Shown: in pieces, positions 20,649 through 29,660 of the stretch
How the letters are laid out: each line of letters starts with the position of its first letter
How positions within the stretch are numbered: the stretch's first letter is position 1
Assembly: GCA_038124645.1 (NCBI GenBank)
Contig: JAYPCI010000004.1
Coordinates: 5,489-69,488 of the forward strand
From: Pelagibacteraceae bacterium
GTDB lineage: Bacteria > Pseudomonadota > Alphaproteobacteria > Pelagibacterales > Pelagibacteraceae
DNA: 64,000 nt
Direction of reading: 5' to 3'
The notes under the pieces: model-generated
Told to the model about the DNA's origin: nothing
Databases searched by the model: none
What the model saw: only the letters and a program-made list of their open reading frames with translations
Position numbers and translations under genes: made by a program

Positions 20649-21461
20649 TTATGATTTAAGTTTGTAACCTTTTTTTAACAACAAATACGTCACGAAATAT
20701 AACACTATACTTAAGGCTGCTAAATAGATCAATCCTATCGTTATAGAACCATCAGAGGTATTGATGAAAGCAAATCTAAAACCATCAATCATATAAAAGA
20801 AAGGGTTGTACTGACTGATGGTGTGCAAAATACCAGGAAGCCTTTCAATTGAATAAAACGTACCTGATAAAAAAGATAATGGCACAATGATAAAGTTAGT
20901 GACTGTTGCCATATGGTCAAATTTTTCTGCCCATAACCCTGCTATAATTCCAATTGCACCTAAAATAAAAGCTGAAACAAAAGTGAAATAAGCCAAATAA
21001 AAAAAGTGATAGATAGAAAGATCAACAATAAAGTTAAACGTAATAATTGAGATCACAGCAATCATTAAACTTCTAGTAACTGCAGCAAAAATAATTGCTA
21101 CGCATACTTCACCCGGTGAGAGAGGTGCATAAAGAATATCAACTATATTGCCTTGTACTTTACCGATCATGAAAGTTGACGAAGAGTGTGAGAATGCTTG
21201 TTGTATCACTTGCATCGCGATTAAACCTGGCGCTAAAAAACTAATAAAAGGTACACCTAAAACATTCCCTCTATCAGTACCAATTGCTAATGATAGTACG
21301 AGCAAAAACAAAAGTGAGGTGATAATTGGTGACAACAAAGTTTGTACCCAAACGGTTAGAAACCTTAACACTTCTTTTTTATAAAGCGTCCAAAGTCCAA
21401 TCCAATTAACTAGTCCAAATCTTCTTGTACCAATTTTATATTTATTAGTTATTTCAACCAT
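20649..21461 (-). CDS. ABC-2 type transporter permease (no adjacent ATPase)
   Basis: 270 aa, ~6 TM segments, YadH/ABC-2-like pattern. 2 nt from argD. Confidence 0.7.
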   Translation of the reverse strand: MVEITNKYKIGTRRFGLVNWIGLWTLYKKEVLRFLTVWVQTLLSPIITSLLFLLVLSLAIGTDRGNVLGVPFISFLAPGLIAMQVIQQAFSHSSSTFMIGKVQGNIVDILYAPLSPGEVCVAIIFAAVTRSLMIAVISIITFNFIVDLSIYHFFYLAYFTFVSAFILGAIGIIAGLWAEKFDHMATVTNFIIVPLSFLSGTFYSIERLPGILHTISQYNPFFYMIDGFRFAFINTSDGSITIGLIYLAALSIVLYFVTYLLLKKGYKLKS

Positions 21462-21585
21462 AGATTTCTTATACCCATAATTTGTAAAAAAACTGTGTAA
21501 AACTTTGATATTTAGTTTTTTTTATTTCGTTTTGACCATATTTTGTGATTAGTTTTAATCAATAACTAAATATTGATTAACACAA

Positions 21586-22080
21586 ATGACTTGGACGCCA
21601 GAAAAAGAGGAAAAACTTAAAGCACTTTGGAAAAAAGGTTTAACCGCAAGTCAAATTTCTAAAGAACTTGGCGATACCTCAAGAAACGCCGTCATTGGGA
21701 AAGCGCATCGATTAAACTTAGAGGCGAGAGCACCTTCAAAAAAAAGATCTGGACCAGCAAGTCCATCATCTAAAAGTCAGGCTGCAACTGCAGGTAGAGG
21801 AAGAAAATCAAAATTTAAATCGTTGCTCTTAGATAAAAACTTCGAACCAGAAAATCCTAAGACACTGGAGGAATTAAGTGATGAAACGTGTCGATGGCCA
21901 ATCGGTCACCCTGATGAAACAAATTTTTATTTTTGTGGCAGAAAACCTATTAAAGATTTTTCTTACTGTAAACTCCATGTCCTTTATGCCTTCCAGACTA
22001 AAGATCAAAAAGAAGATCTTATTGATAAGGAAGATGAGGTACCTCAATTTATTCAAGACAAAATTAAGTCTGCAGGTTAA
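21586..22080 (+). CDS. gcrA: cell-cycle regulator GcrA
   Basis: 164 aa. MTWTPEKEEKLKALWKKGLTASQISKELG..RNAVIGKAHRLNL and C-terminal CRWPIGHP...FCG...YC..H. Confidence 0.92.
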   Translation: MTWTPEKEEKLKALWKKGLTASQISKELGDTSRNAVIGKAHRLNLEARAPSKKRSGPASPSSKSQAATAGRGRKSKFKSLLLDKNFEPENPKTLEELSDETCRWPIGHPDETNFYFCGRKPIKDFSYCKLHVLYAFQTKDQKEDLIDKEDEVPQFIQDKIKSAG

Positions 22081-22095
22081 CAATTTTCTTACCAT

Positions 22096-22320
22096 ATGAA
22101 TTTCATAAAAAAATACCTTAAATGGTTGAGCACTTTTTTAGTCTTAACAGGTATATTATTAACTAACTTAAATATGTATCCAATTAATATAATGTTTCAT
22201 GGGGCTGGAGTTGTGGGATGGACTGTAGCTGGTTTTTTATCGAAAGATAAAGCAATACTTACAAACTTTGGGTTGCAAATACCTTTATTTATAATTGGGT
22301 TTTATCAATTGTTATTTTAA
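22096..22320 (+). CDS. small 3-TM membrane protein, unknown function
   Basis: 74 aa with three hydrophobic segments. 15 nt downstream of gcrA. No family confidently recognised. Confidence 0.5.
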   Translation: MNFIKKYLKWLSTFLVLTGILLTNLNMYPINIMFHGAGVVGWTVAGFLSKDKAILTNFGLQIPLFIIGFYQLLF

Positions 22321-22533
22321 ACAAATTATCCCGTGAAATGAGCACGTGAAAAGAAAAAATTTTTGTAACAAAATGTTAATTATAAATATCAATAAAAAAA
22401 ATTTATTAACACATAAATAATTTGATTTAAGTTTTAAATTTTTTATACAGGACCAATACGCCAAACCAAAAAACAAATAATTAAATTTAACCTCTAGACA
22501 GAATTTTCTAAAAAGCTATAAGTAAATTATCTT

Positions 22534-23502
22534 ATGGACTTAACATTAATATATGCAATCGTTGGTTTCGGACTAGCTGGCTATAGTGTAATAGCTAACG
22601 ATTCCATTCAAACACTTGGAACATTCATTGCGTCTAAGAAAAAATGGTTTGCTTGGTACATATTGGCAGGTTCAGCTTCATTTGTAATGATTATAGCTCT
22701 GGCATGGGGTTGGTACAGTTACGATGGTGATATTTCCTATGGAAGATTAACTAGAATACCTTATCAAGAAATTCAGTGGTATCATGCTGTTGCTCCAGCA
22801 ATTCTTTTATTACTCACAAGAATAGGAATTCCTGTCTCAACGACCTTCTTGGTTTTATCGGCTTTTGCATCAACAGTTGTTTTGGAAAAAATGCTGATAA
22901 AAAGTATAGTTGGTTATGGTATTGCAGCAACTGTGGCTTACATATGTTGGATTGGAATATCTAAGTTTATTAATGAAAAACTCGATGAGGTAAAAGGAGA
23001 TTTTTGGGTAAAGTTTTGGAGGAACTCAGTTTGGATAACATCTGGTTGGTTGTGGTGGGTATGGTTATCACACGATGTTGCAAATATTGCAGTATTCTTG
23101 CCGAGACAATTAGATATTACATTGTTGCTAATTGTTATGGCTTACTTCACTGCGCTTCTATTTTATATTTTCTATATACATGGTGGGCCAATTCAAAAGG
23201 TAGTTTTAGAAAAAACAGGTACAAGATACGCTAGATCAGCAACAATAATAAACGTTATTTATGCTGCAGTATTATTGTATTTTAAAGAATTAAATGATCT
23301 CCCGATGTCAACAACTTGGGTATTTGTAGGTCTTTTATGTGGTAGAGAACTAGCTATTTCAACTATGAACAAAGATTATAAGTTTAAATATGTTTTCCCA
23401 CTAATTGGTAAAGATTTTGTAAAAATGTTTTTTGGTTTAAGTGTTTCAGTAGCTATAGTTTTAGCAATTCATTACTTCATCATACCTAAGGGATTATATT
23501 AA
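22534..23502 (+). CDS. polytopic membrane protein, divergent PiT/PHO4-like transporter (tentative)
   Basis: 322 aa, ~9-10 TM segments. Two half-motifs, IANDSIQTLGTF (N-terminal half) and SHDVANIAVFLP (C-terminal half), resemble the duplicated GANDVAN signature of PiT transporters. Confidence 0.6.
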   Translation: MDLTLIYAIVGFGLAGYSVIANDSIQTLGTFIASKKKWFAWYILAGSASFVMIIALAWGWYSYDGDISYGRLTRIPYQEIQWYHAVAPAILLLLTRIGIPVSTTFLVLSAFASTVVLEKMLIKSIVGYGIAATVAYICWIGISKFINEKLDEVKGDFWVKFWRNSVWITSGWLWWVWLSHDVANIAVFLPRQLDITLLLIVMAYFTALLFYIFYIHGGPIQKVVLEKTGTRYARSATIINVIYAAVLLYFKELNDLPMSTTWVFVGLLCGRELAISTMNKDYKFKYVFPLIGKDFVKMFFGLSVSVAIVLAIHYFIIPKGLY

Positions 23503-23508
23503 AAAGTA

Positions 23509-23778
23509 TTATTTCTTTTTCTTAAGATCGTCGTAAATCTTTTTAAGATCTTCTTGTGTTAAATTTTCATTTTTTAATTTATTGAGTATTTCTTCATCAT
23601 CTTCACTTTCAAAAGGATATTTGTTTTCGTAATTATATTGATTTTTTTTTAGACTATCTAATACTCCACTTTCCTTAAGTTCATTTCTAGCTTTTAATCC
23701 AGAATTAATTGCCCTAGCACCTAGGAAAACAACAACAGATAATATTAGAGCAATAAATATATAAAAAATTATTTCCAT
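23509..23778 (-). CDS. small single-TM protein with charged C-terminal tail, unknown function
   Basis: Start moved to ATG 23778 (MEIIFYIFIALILSVVVFLG), which shares one base with the upstream stop (TAATG). 89 aa. Confidence 0.5.
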   Translation of the reverse strand: MEIIFYIFIALILSVVVFLGARAINSGLKARNELKESGVLDSLKKNQYNYENKYPFESEDDEEILNKLKNENLTQEDLKKIYDDLKKKK

Positions 23779-24722
23779 TAAGTTTTTGCAAACTCTCCAC
23801 CACTTCGATAACGCCAGAGCCATTTGCTCATTTGCTTTTCGACATCTTCAGGTTCAATGCCTAAATCTTTAAGGGTTAAATGGTTGTTGGAAACAATATT
23901 ATCGTCCTCGCTTAAAATTTTACATTGATCCGTGGTGAGTATAGGTGGGATCGGTAATAAGCTTAAAAGCGTTGCTTGTATTTTAGCTAAGGGCATCGGC
24001 ATCTCAATGACCAATCTTTTTTTGTTAATCGTCGTCATGATTAATTTAACCATGTCCCCAAAACTTATAATTTTATTGCCACCAATTTCATAAATTTTAC
24101 CTTCGTTATTTTTAGTTTTGATCGAACGCATAATTGCTTTGGCTACATCATTAACCATAATTGGTTGAAACTTATAATTAATTCCAACAACTGGAATAAC
24201 GGGAAACATACTTAATTTAGCAAATAGATTAGTAAAATTGTCCTCGGTACCACAGACTACACTTGGACGAATAATCACTGTGCCTTTAAAGTTAGTTAAT
24301 GCTTTTTGTTCGCCTTGAAATTTTGTTTGTTGGTACACAGACTGTGAGCCTGAGTTAGCGCCAATAGCAGACACTTGAATAAATTTTTTAACATCATATT
24401 GCGCACAGAGCTTAGAGACCATATCTGGAATACTGACATGAATATTTTTAAATTTCTGTTTTCGATTTTCGTATAAAATTCCAATTAAATTAATTACAAC
24501 ATCAGAACGTTTGATCGCATCCTCAAGCGCTGCAAAATTATTTGGGTTAAAATCAAGAAACTCGATAGCTCCTGGAGGAGATTGAGTCTTTAAGTAACCT
24601 TTTTCATAGGCTTTTCTTGTTGGGATGATGCAGCGATAGTTCTCAGCGGTCAAATTTCTGACAAGATAGCGTCCTATAAAACCTCCAGCACCTAATACAG
24701 TTGCGATTGGATAATTATTCAT
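23778..24722 (-). CDS. NAD(P)-binding epimerase/dehydratase-fold protein, complex I NDUFA9-like
   Basis: Rossmann motif VLGAGGFIGRYLV. Extended-SDR, NDUFA9-like length. Start taken at MNNYPIATVLGAGG (24722) rather than the longer track ORF. Confidence 0.75.
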   Translation of the reverse strand: MNNYPIATVLGAGGFIGRYLVRNLTAENYRCIIPTRKAYEKGYLKTQSPPGAIEFLDFNPNNFAALEDAIKRSDVVINLIGILYENRKQKFKNIHVSIPDMVSKLCAQYDVKKFIQVSAIGANSGSQSVYQQTKFQGEQKALTNFKGTVIIRPSVVCGTEDNFTNLFAKLSMFPVIPVVGINYKFQPIMVNDVAKAIMRSIKTKNNEGKIYEIGGNKIISFGDMVKLIMTTINKKRLVIEMPMPLAKIQATLLSLLPIPPILTTDQCKILSEDDNIVSNNHLTLKDLGIEPEDVEKQMSKWLWRYRSGGEFAKT

Positions 24723-24737
24723 GATAATTAAATAGGT

Positions 24738-25364
24738 ATGGTAAAAATACATAAATTTCAAGGCGACATAACAGAAGATATTGCAAAGAGTTTCAAAGAA
24801 AGTGTGGCTATTGATACCGAAGCGACTGGTTTACAAATTCCCGAAAGAGACAAATTAAGTTTAATTCAAATCTGTAATGAAAATGGAGATGTTTATATTA
24901 TTCAGCCAGATCGAAAAAATTATAAAGCACCTAATCTAGTAAAAGTTTTAGAGAATAAAAAGATTTTAAAAATTGGACACTTTTTAAGATTTGATAAAAG
25001 TGCTATTGAATATTTTCTAAAGTGTAAAATTAATAATATCTTTGATACTAAAATTGCCTCCAAATTGGTTAGAACCTACACCGATCAACACGGTTTGAAA
25101 AATTTGGTGTTTGAATTCTGTGGTAAAAATTTAGATAAAAGACACGGTACAAGTGACTGGAATAAAAATATCAATGAGATGAATGATAAGCAATTAGAGT
25201 ATGCTGCCAATGATGTAATCTACTTGCACAAGATCAAGGCAGAACTTGAAAAAATGTTAAAAAGGGAAAAACGACTTGAGGTCTACAATAAATGTATCGA
25301 GTTTTTAGATACTAAAATACTTTTAGATCAACACGGTTTTAAATTTGATATATTTGAACATTAA
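24738..25364 (+). CDS. rnd: 3'-5' exonuclease, short RNase D-like (DEDDy)
   Basis: 208 aa. Exo motifs AIDTEATGL, GHFLRFD and YAANDVIYL. Confidence 0.8.
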   Translation: MVKIHKFQGDITEDIAKSFKESVAIDTEATGLQIPERDKLSLIQICNENGDVYIIQPDRKNYKAPNLVKVLENKKILKIGHFLRFDKSAIEYFLKCKINNIFDTKIASKLVRTYTDQHGLKNLVFEFCGKNLDKRHGTSDWNKNINEMNDKQLEYAANDVIYLHKIKAELEKMLKREKRLEVYNKCIEFLDTKILLDQHGFKFDIFEH

Positions 25365-26329
25365 TGAAAAAAATTAATTATTTAGCGATCGCCAAAAAAT
25401 CAGCTGCCATTCAAATCAGTGAATTAAAAAAAATTAATAAAGTTTTTAATAAAAATTTCGTCAAAGCGGTCGAGGCTATTCATAATAGCAAAGGTAAAGT
25501 TGTCTGTTCTGGTGTAGGCAAATCTGGACTGATTGCCAGAAAGATTTCAGCTACTTTAAGTTCGGTAGGTATTTCCTCATTCTTTTTAGATAGTTCAAAT
25601 GCCTCTCATGGTGATTTAGGACAAGTTGAAAAACGAGATGTTTTAATTTTATTTTCTTACTCGGGCAATACAGCTGAATTAACTAATCTTATTAAATATG
25701 CAAGTCGGTTTAATATTTTAACCATTGGTATTGCCTCACAAAAAAATAGTATGTTAATTAAATCTTGCGATATCCCAATTTTATTACCACAAGTAAAAGA
25801 AGCTGATCCGATCGGAATGGTCCCAAGTACAAGTACTACGATCACTCTATTGGTTGGTGATTGTTTAGCTGTCGCGTTAATGAACAAACAAAAATTTTCT
25901 AAAGAACGATTTCGATTATTTCATCCTGGCGGATCAATTGGTAGCGCCTTGCTATTAGTTAAAGATATTATGGTCTCGGGCTCTAAGTTACCAATTATCT
26001 CACCAGAAAAAAATATAGCTCAAGCCATTAAAGTGATTAAACAAAAAAAACTTGGCATAGTCATTGTGCAAAAAAATAAAAAAGTGTTCGGTTTTTGCAC
26101 TGACGGAGATGTCCGAAGAGGCTATCAGACTTATGACAAAAATCAGAAGGTCTCGAAGATTATGACCAAAAATCCTTTATTCGTTACCGAAACAACTCTC
26201 GCTGCAAAAGCTTTGGCCATTATGAATGAAAATAAAATTACCAGTTTGTTAGTATTTAAAGATAATAATAGCAAAAAACTGGTTGGGATTGTTCATATAC
26301 ATGAACTGTTAAAGTATGGAATTCGATGA
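25364..26329 (+). CDS. kdsD: arabinose-5-phosphate isomerase (KpsF/GutQ family; SIS + 2 CBS)
   Basis: 321 aa. SIS motif GVGKSGLIARKISATLSS and a tandem CBS C-terminus. Upstream of lptC-lptB. Confidence 0.88.
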   Translation: MKKINYLAIAKKSAAIQISELKKINKVFNKNFVKAVEAIHNSKGKVVCSGVGKSGLIARKISATLSSVGISSFFLDSSNASHGDLGQVEKRDVLILFSYSGNTAELTNLIKYASRFNILTIGIASQKNSMLIKSCDIPILLPQVKEADPIGMVPSTSTTITLLVGDCLAVALMNKQKFSKERFRLFHPGGSIGSALLLVKDIMVSGSKLPIISPEKNIAQAIKVIKQKKLGIVIVQKNKKVFGFCTDGDVRRGYQTYDKNQKVSKIMTKNPLFVTETTLAAKALAIMNENKITSLLVFKDNNSKKLVGIVHIHELLKYGIR

Positions 26330-26913
26330 GTTTAAATAGAAAACAAAAAATAAGATTAATACAGTTATTGCTTTTATTTTTAGTAATCAGTTTATTCTCA
26401 TACACTTATCAAGATCAACTTTTTCAATCGCCGACGAAGAAAACTACAACCACTCCTACGGAACCGAGAGATCAAACTGATGAACAAAAAAATAAGTTTG
26501 AATTTGTGGAATATAAAGGTCGCGATGCTAATGGCAATGAATACATCATTAATTCAGATCAAGCAGAATTCAATACCGCGAGTCCTGAAATAATTTATAT
26601 GCAGCAAGTAACCGCTACTTTTTACCTAACAAATGGTATTCTTAAAGTCACTAGTGACAAAGGTGTTTATAATAATGTTACTTTTGATATCTTTTTTAAA
26701 GAAAATATTAGGGCAACTATGGATGAAAAAATATTAACGGCTGACAATTTAGATTTTTTTAATTCAAAAAACATTATGAACGTCTATGGCAATGTTAAAG
26801 CAAATGGTATAGAAGGAAGTGTAACCGCTGATAAGGCAGATTTAGATTTAACAACTAAACTGTTAAATTTATCCATGCTAGGTGATAAACAAGTAAACGT
26901 GAAATTAAATTAA
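26326..26913 (+). CDS. lptC: LPS export system protein LptC
   Basis: 195 aa. N-terminal TM anchor plus an OstA/LptC-like beta-jellyroll pattern. Positioned between kdsD and lptB. Confidence 0.7.
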   Translation: MSLNRKQKIRLIQLLLLFLVISLFSYTYQDQLFQSPTKKTTTTPTEPRDQTDEQKNKFEFVEYKGRDANGNEYIINSDQAEFNTASPEIIYMQQVTATFYLTNGILKVTSDKGVYNNVTFDIFFKENIRATMDEKILTADNLDFFNSKNIMNVYGNVKANGIEGSVTADKADLDLTTKLLNLSMLGDKQVNVKLN

Positions 26914-26914
26914 A

Positions 26915-27673
26915 ATGTCAAAGGGATTTAGAATTGTAAATTTCAAAAAAGCAAAGCCAATCTTTGAAGTAGAAAATTTAAGCAAAAGCTTTGACGGTCG
27001 TCCAATTTTAAAAAAAATAAACATGAAATTATTTCGAGGAGAGATTGTTGGTCTCCTTGGTCCTAATGGTTCAGGCAAATCAACACTTTATTCTACGATC
27101 ATAGGTGAAATTGGTATTGATCAAGGTAAGATCTATTTGGACAACAAAGAAATTCAAAATCTGCCTATACATTTACGTGCTAATGCAGGTTTAGGCTATC
27201 TTAGCCAAGAACGAAGTGTATTTGCCATGTCAACTTACGATAATCTGTTTGGCCTAGCACAACTATGTATTAAAGGCACAACTAACCAAATTAAGATGGT
27301 TGAAAGACTTCTAGATGAATTTAATCTGCAACACTTACGTAATGTTCAGAGTACTGTTTTATCGGGGGGTGAAGTACGTAGAGTTATGCTGGCAAGATTA
27401 TTAATCAATAATCCCAAAGTTGTTTTATTGGATGAACCTCTGGCAGCACTTGATCCAATTGTTGTTGAAGATATTCAAAAATATATTGTCAAATTACAAA
27501 GAATGGGAATTACAATTTTAGTAACCGATCACGCTGTGCAAAATTTAATGTCGATTGTTGATAAACTTTACGTATTAGGAGATCAGGAAATAATAGCCTC
27601 TGGTAAGGTGCAAGATGTTTTGAAATCTTCCAAAGCAATCGAAATGTATTTTGGATCTTCGTTTAAACAATAA
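26915..27673 (+). CDS. lptB: LPS export ABC transporter ATP-binding protein LptB
   Basis: 252 aa. Walker A GPNGSGKST, signature LSGGEVRR, Walker B VLLDEP. Confidence 0.88.
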   Translation: MSKGFRIVNFKKAKPIFEVENLSKSFDGRPILKKINMKLFRGEIVGLLGPNGSGKSTLYSTIIGEIGIDQGKIYLDNKEIQNLPIHLRANAGLGYLSQERSVFAMSTYDNLFGLAQLCIKGTTNQIKMVERLLDEFNLQHLRNVQSTVLSGGEVRRVMLARLLINNPKVVLLDEPLAALDPIVVEDIQKYIVKLQRMGITILVTDHAVQNLMSIVDKLYVLGDQEIIASGKVQDVLKSSKAIEMYFGSSFKQ

Positions 27674-27684
27674 TTTTCAATCTA

Positions 27685-29028
27685 GTGAAAAAAAAATTTA
27701 ACTTAAGTATAAACGATAAAATTAAACCATTTAATATTAAGCTAAACGAAGTCGATCGAGACAAATCCATTTCCATTAGAGCATTTATTATTGCGGCAAT
27801 TTCAGAAGGTATTTCTGAAATTAATCATCCACTGCAGTCTGAGGATGTATTTTCCTGCATAAACTCTCTTAAAAAATTAAATGTTAAAATCAAGAAACTA
27901 GATCAGAATAAATTTCAAGTCTTTGGAAAATCACTAGGATCACTTTTTGCTAAAAAGAATACTGTCTTAGATTTTGGTAACTCAGGTACAGCGATGAGAT
28001 TAATCACAGGATTATTAGCAACTATTCCTGGTTTAGAATTAAAACTTCAAGGTGACCATTCATTATCAAAAAGAAATATGAAAAAAATTTTTAATTTATG
28101 TGAACTATTTGGAGCAGAGTTTTTACCCGCAAACAAATTTACTCTGCCAATAAAGATGATTACCTCAAGTATTCCAGTTGCTATACAATATGACCCGGGT
28201 GTTAGTGCTCAACTAAAATCAGCGGCAATGCTGGCTGGAACAAATGCCTACGGCATCTCAACAATTTATGATCAAAATTTCAGCCGAAATCATACTGAAA
28301 ATATTTTAGATAAAGTTAAAGCTATTAAAATCCTAAAACAAAATAAGCATAACACTATTAAAGTTTTTGGTAAAAAAACATTTAGAGCTCAAAAGTTTGA
28401 GGTTCCGGTGGATCCGTCCAGTGCAGCTTTTTTTGTTGTATTAACTATCTTAGCCCAAAATTCAAAATTATCGATTAATCATGTTTGTCTTAATGAACGA
28501 CGAATAGGTTATCTTAAAATTTTAAAAAAAGCTGGAGCTAAAATAAAACTTACTAAACTAAAAAAAGTTAATAATGAAACGATTGGAACGATCGATGTAT
28601 CAAGTTCAAAGCTGAAGCCATTAAAAGTGAATAAAAAGTTTTATTCGATGACTGCTGATGAATACCCTATCTTGTTTGTAGCTGCGGCTCTTACTAATGG
28701 TCTCTCTAGTTTTGATGGCATTGAGGATCTAACTAATAAAGAAAGTAACAGAGTGAGCGAAATGCAGAAAGTTTTGAATCAAATTGGTATAAAATCACGA
28801 TATAAAAATGGAAAATTAAAGATTTTTGGTAAAAATAATATTAGGCAAATAAAGGAAAATATTTTAGTGAAAGATTTAGGAGACCATAGAATTTGTATGA
28901 GTGCAAGTATTTTGGCTTTATTGACCGGTAACAAGGCAAACATTAAAAATTTCTCTACCGTTAATACTTCAGCTCCCTCCTTTTTAAAAAACATTAAAAA
29001 AATGGGAGGACGTTATGACATTAAATAA
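27685..29028 (+). CDS. aroA: 3-phosphoshikimate 1-carboxyvinyltransferase (EPSP synthase)
   Basis: 447 aa, GTG start. LDFGNSGTAMRL and NKESNRV motifs. aroA-cmk-rpsA synteny. Confidence 0.88.
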   Translation: MKKKFNLSINDKIKPFNIKLNEVDRDKSISIRAFIIAAISEGISEINHPLQSEDVFSCINSLKKLNVKIKKLDQNKFQVFGKSLGSLFAKKNTVLDFGNSGTAMRLITGLLATIPGLELKLQGDHSLSKRNMKKIFNLCELFGAEFLPANKFTLPIKMITSSIPVAIQYDPGVSAQLKSAAMLAGTNAYGISTIYDQNFSRNHTENILDKVKAIKILKQNKHNTIKVFGKKTFRAQKFEVPVDPSSAAFFVVLTILAQNSKLSINHVCLNERRIGYLKILKKAGAKIKLTKLKKVNNETIGTIDVSSSKLKPLKVNKKFYSMTADEYPILFVAAALTNGLSSFDGIEDLTNKESNRVSEMQKVLNQIGIKSRYKNGKLKIFGKNNIRQIKENILVKDLGDHRICMSASILALLTGNKANIKNFSTVNTSAPSFLKNIKKMGGRYDIK

Positions 29029-29659
29029 AAACTCAAAACTGCATATAGCATGTGATGGTTCTGCTGCCTCAGGAAAAACTACCGGAGCAAAATTAATTGC
29101 CAAAAAATATAATTTAAAATTTTTATCATCTGGTTTGTTGTATCGTTATGCTGCTTATCAAATATTGAAAAATAATAATTACAAAATAAGTTTTCTGAAA
29201 TCTAAATTTAAAACTTTGAACCTTAATAAATTGAATAAACTTAATCTTCAAACGCAAGAAATATCTAATTTTTCTTCTGTTATTGCAAAGAAATTAGCTA
29301 TTAGAAAAATTCTTAAAAAATTTCAAAGAGATTTTGCAAAAAAAAATAAAAGAATTTGTATCGAGGGAAGAGATATTGGCAGTGTAATCTTGCCAAAAGC
29401 TGATATTAAATTTTTCTTTAAATGTAGTTTAGAAATTGCAACAAATCGCAGGTTTAAAGAATTAAGAAAAAAAAACAAAGGTATTTCTCGAGCCGAAGTA
29501 AAAAAATCCTTAAAATTAAGGAATCTGTCAGACATAAAGCGGAAAAATAGCCCTTTACTGAAAACACGTGATGCGGTACTTATCGACACCGGCAAAACTA
29601 AGAATATCAAAGATATGCTTAAAAAAATGTCAGTAATTTTAGAAAAAAAATATAAATAA
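29015..29659 (+). CDS. cmk: cytidylate kinase
   Basis: 214 aa. P-loop IACDGSAASGKTT. Sits between aroA and rpsA. Confidence 0.88.
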   Translation: MTLNKNSKLHIACDGSAASGKTTGAKLIAKKYNLKFLSSGLLYRYAAYQILKNNNYKISFLKSKFKTLNLNKLNKLNLQTQEISNFSSVIAKKLAIRKILKKFQRDFAKKNKRICIEGRDIGSVILPKADIKFFFKCSLEIATNRRFKELRKKNKGISRAEVKKSLKLRNLSDIKRKNSPLLKTRDAVLIDTGKTKNIKDMLKKMSVILEKKYK

Positions 29660-29660
29660 T

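Noticed and set aside
22321-22533. A Pho box or dif-like site in the long AT-rich spacer (TTGTAACAAAATGTTAAT; ATTTATTAACACATAA).
   Set aside because: The TGT repeats are spaced 10 nt rather than 11 and match the CTGTCAT consensus poorly. The resemblance to the XerD arm TTATGTTAAAT is partial and lacks a XerC arm. This is within what chance would give at ~20% GC.
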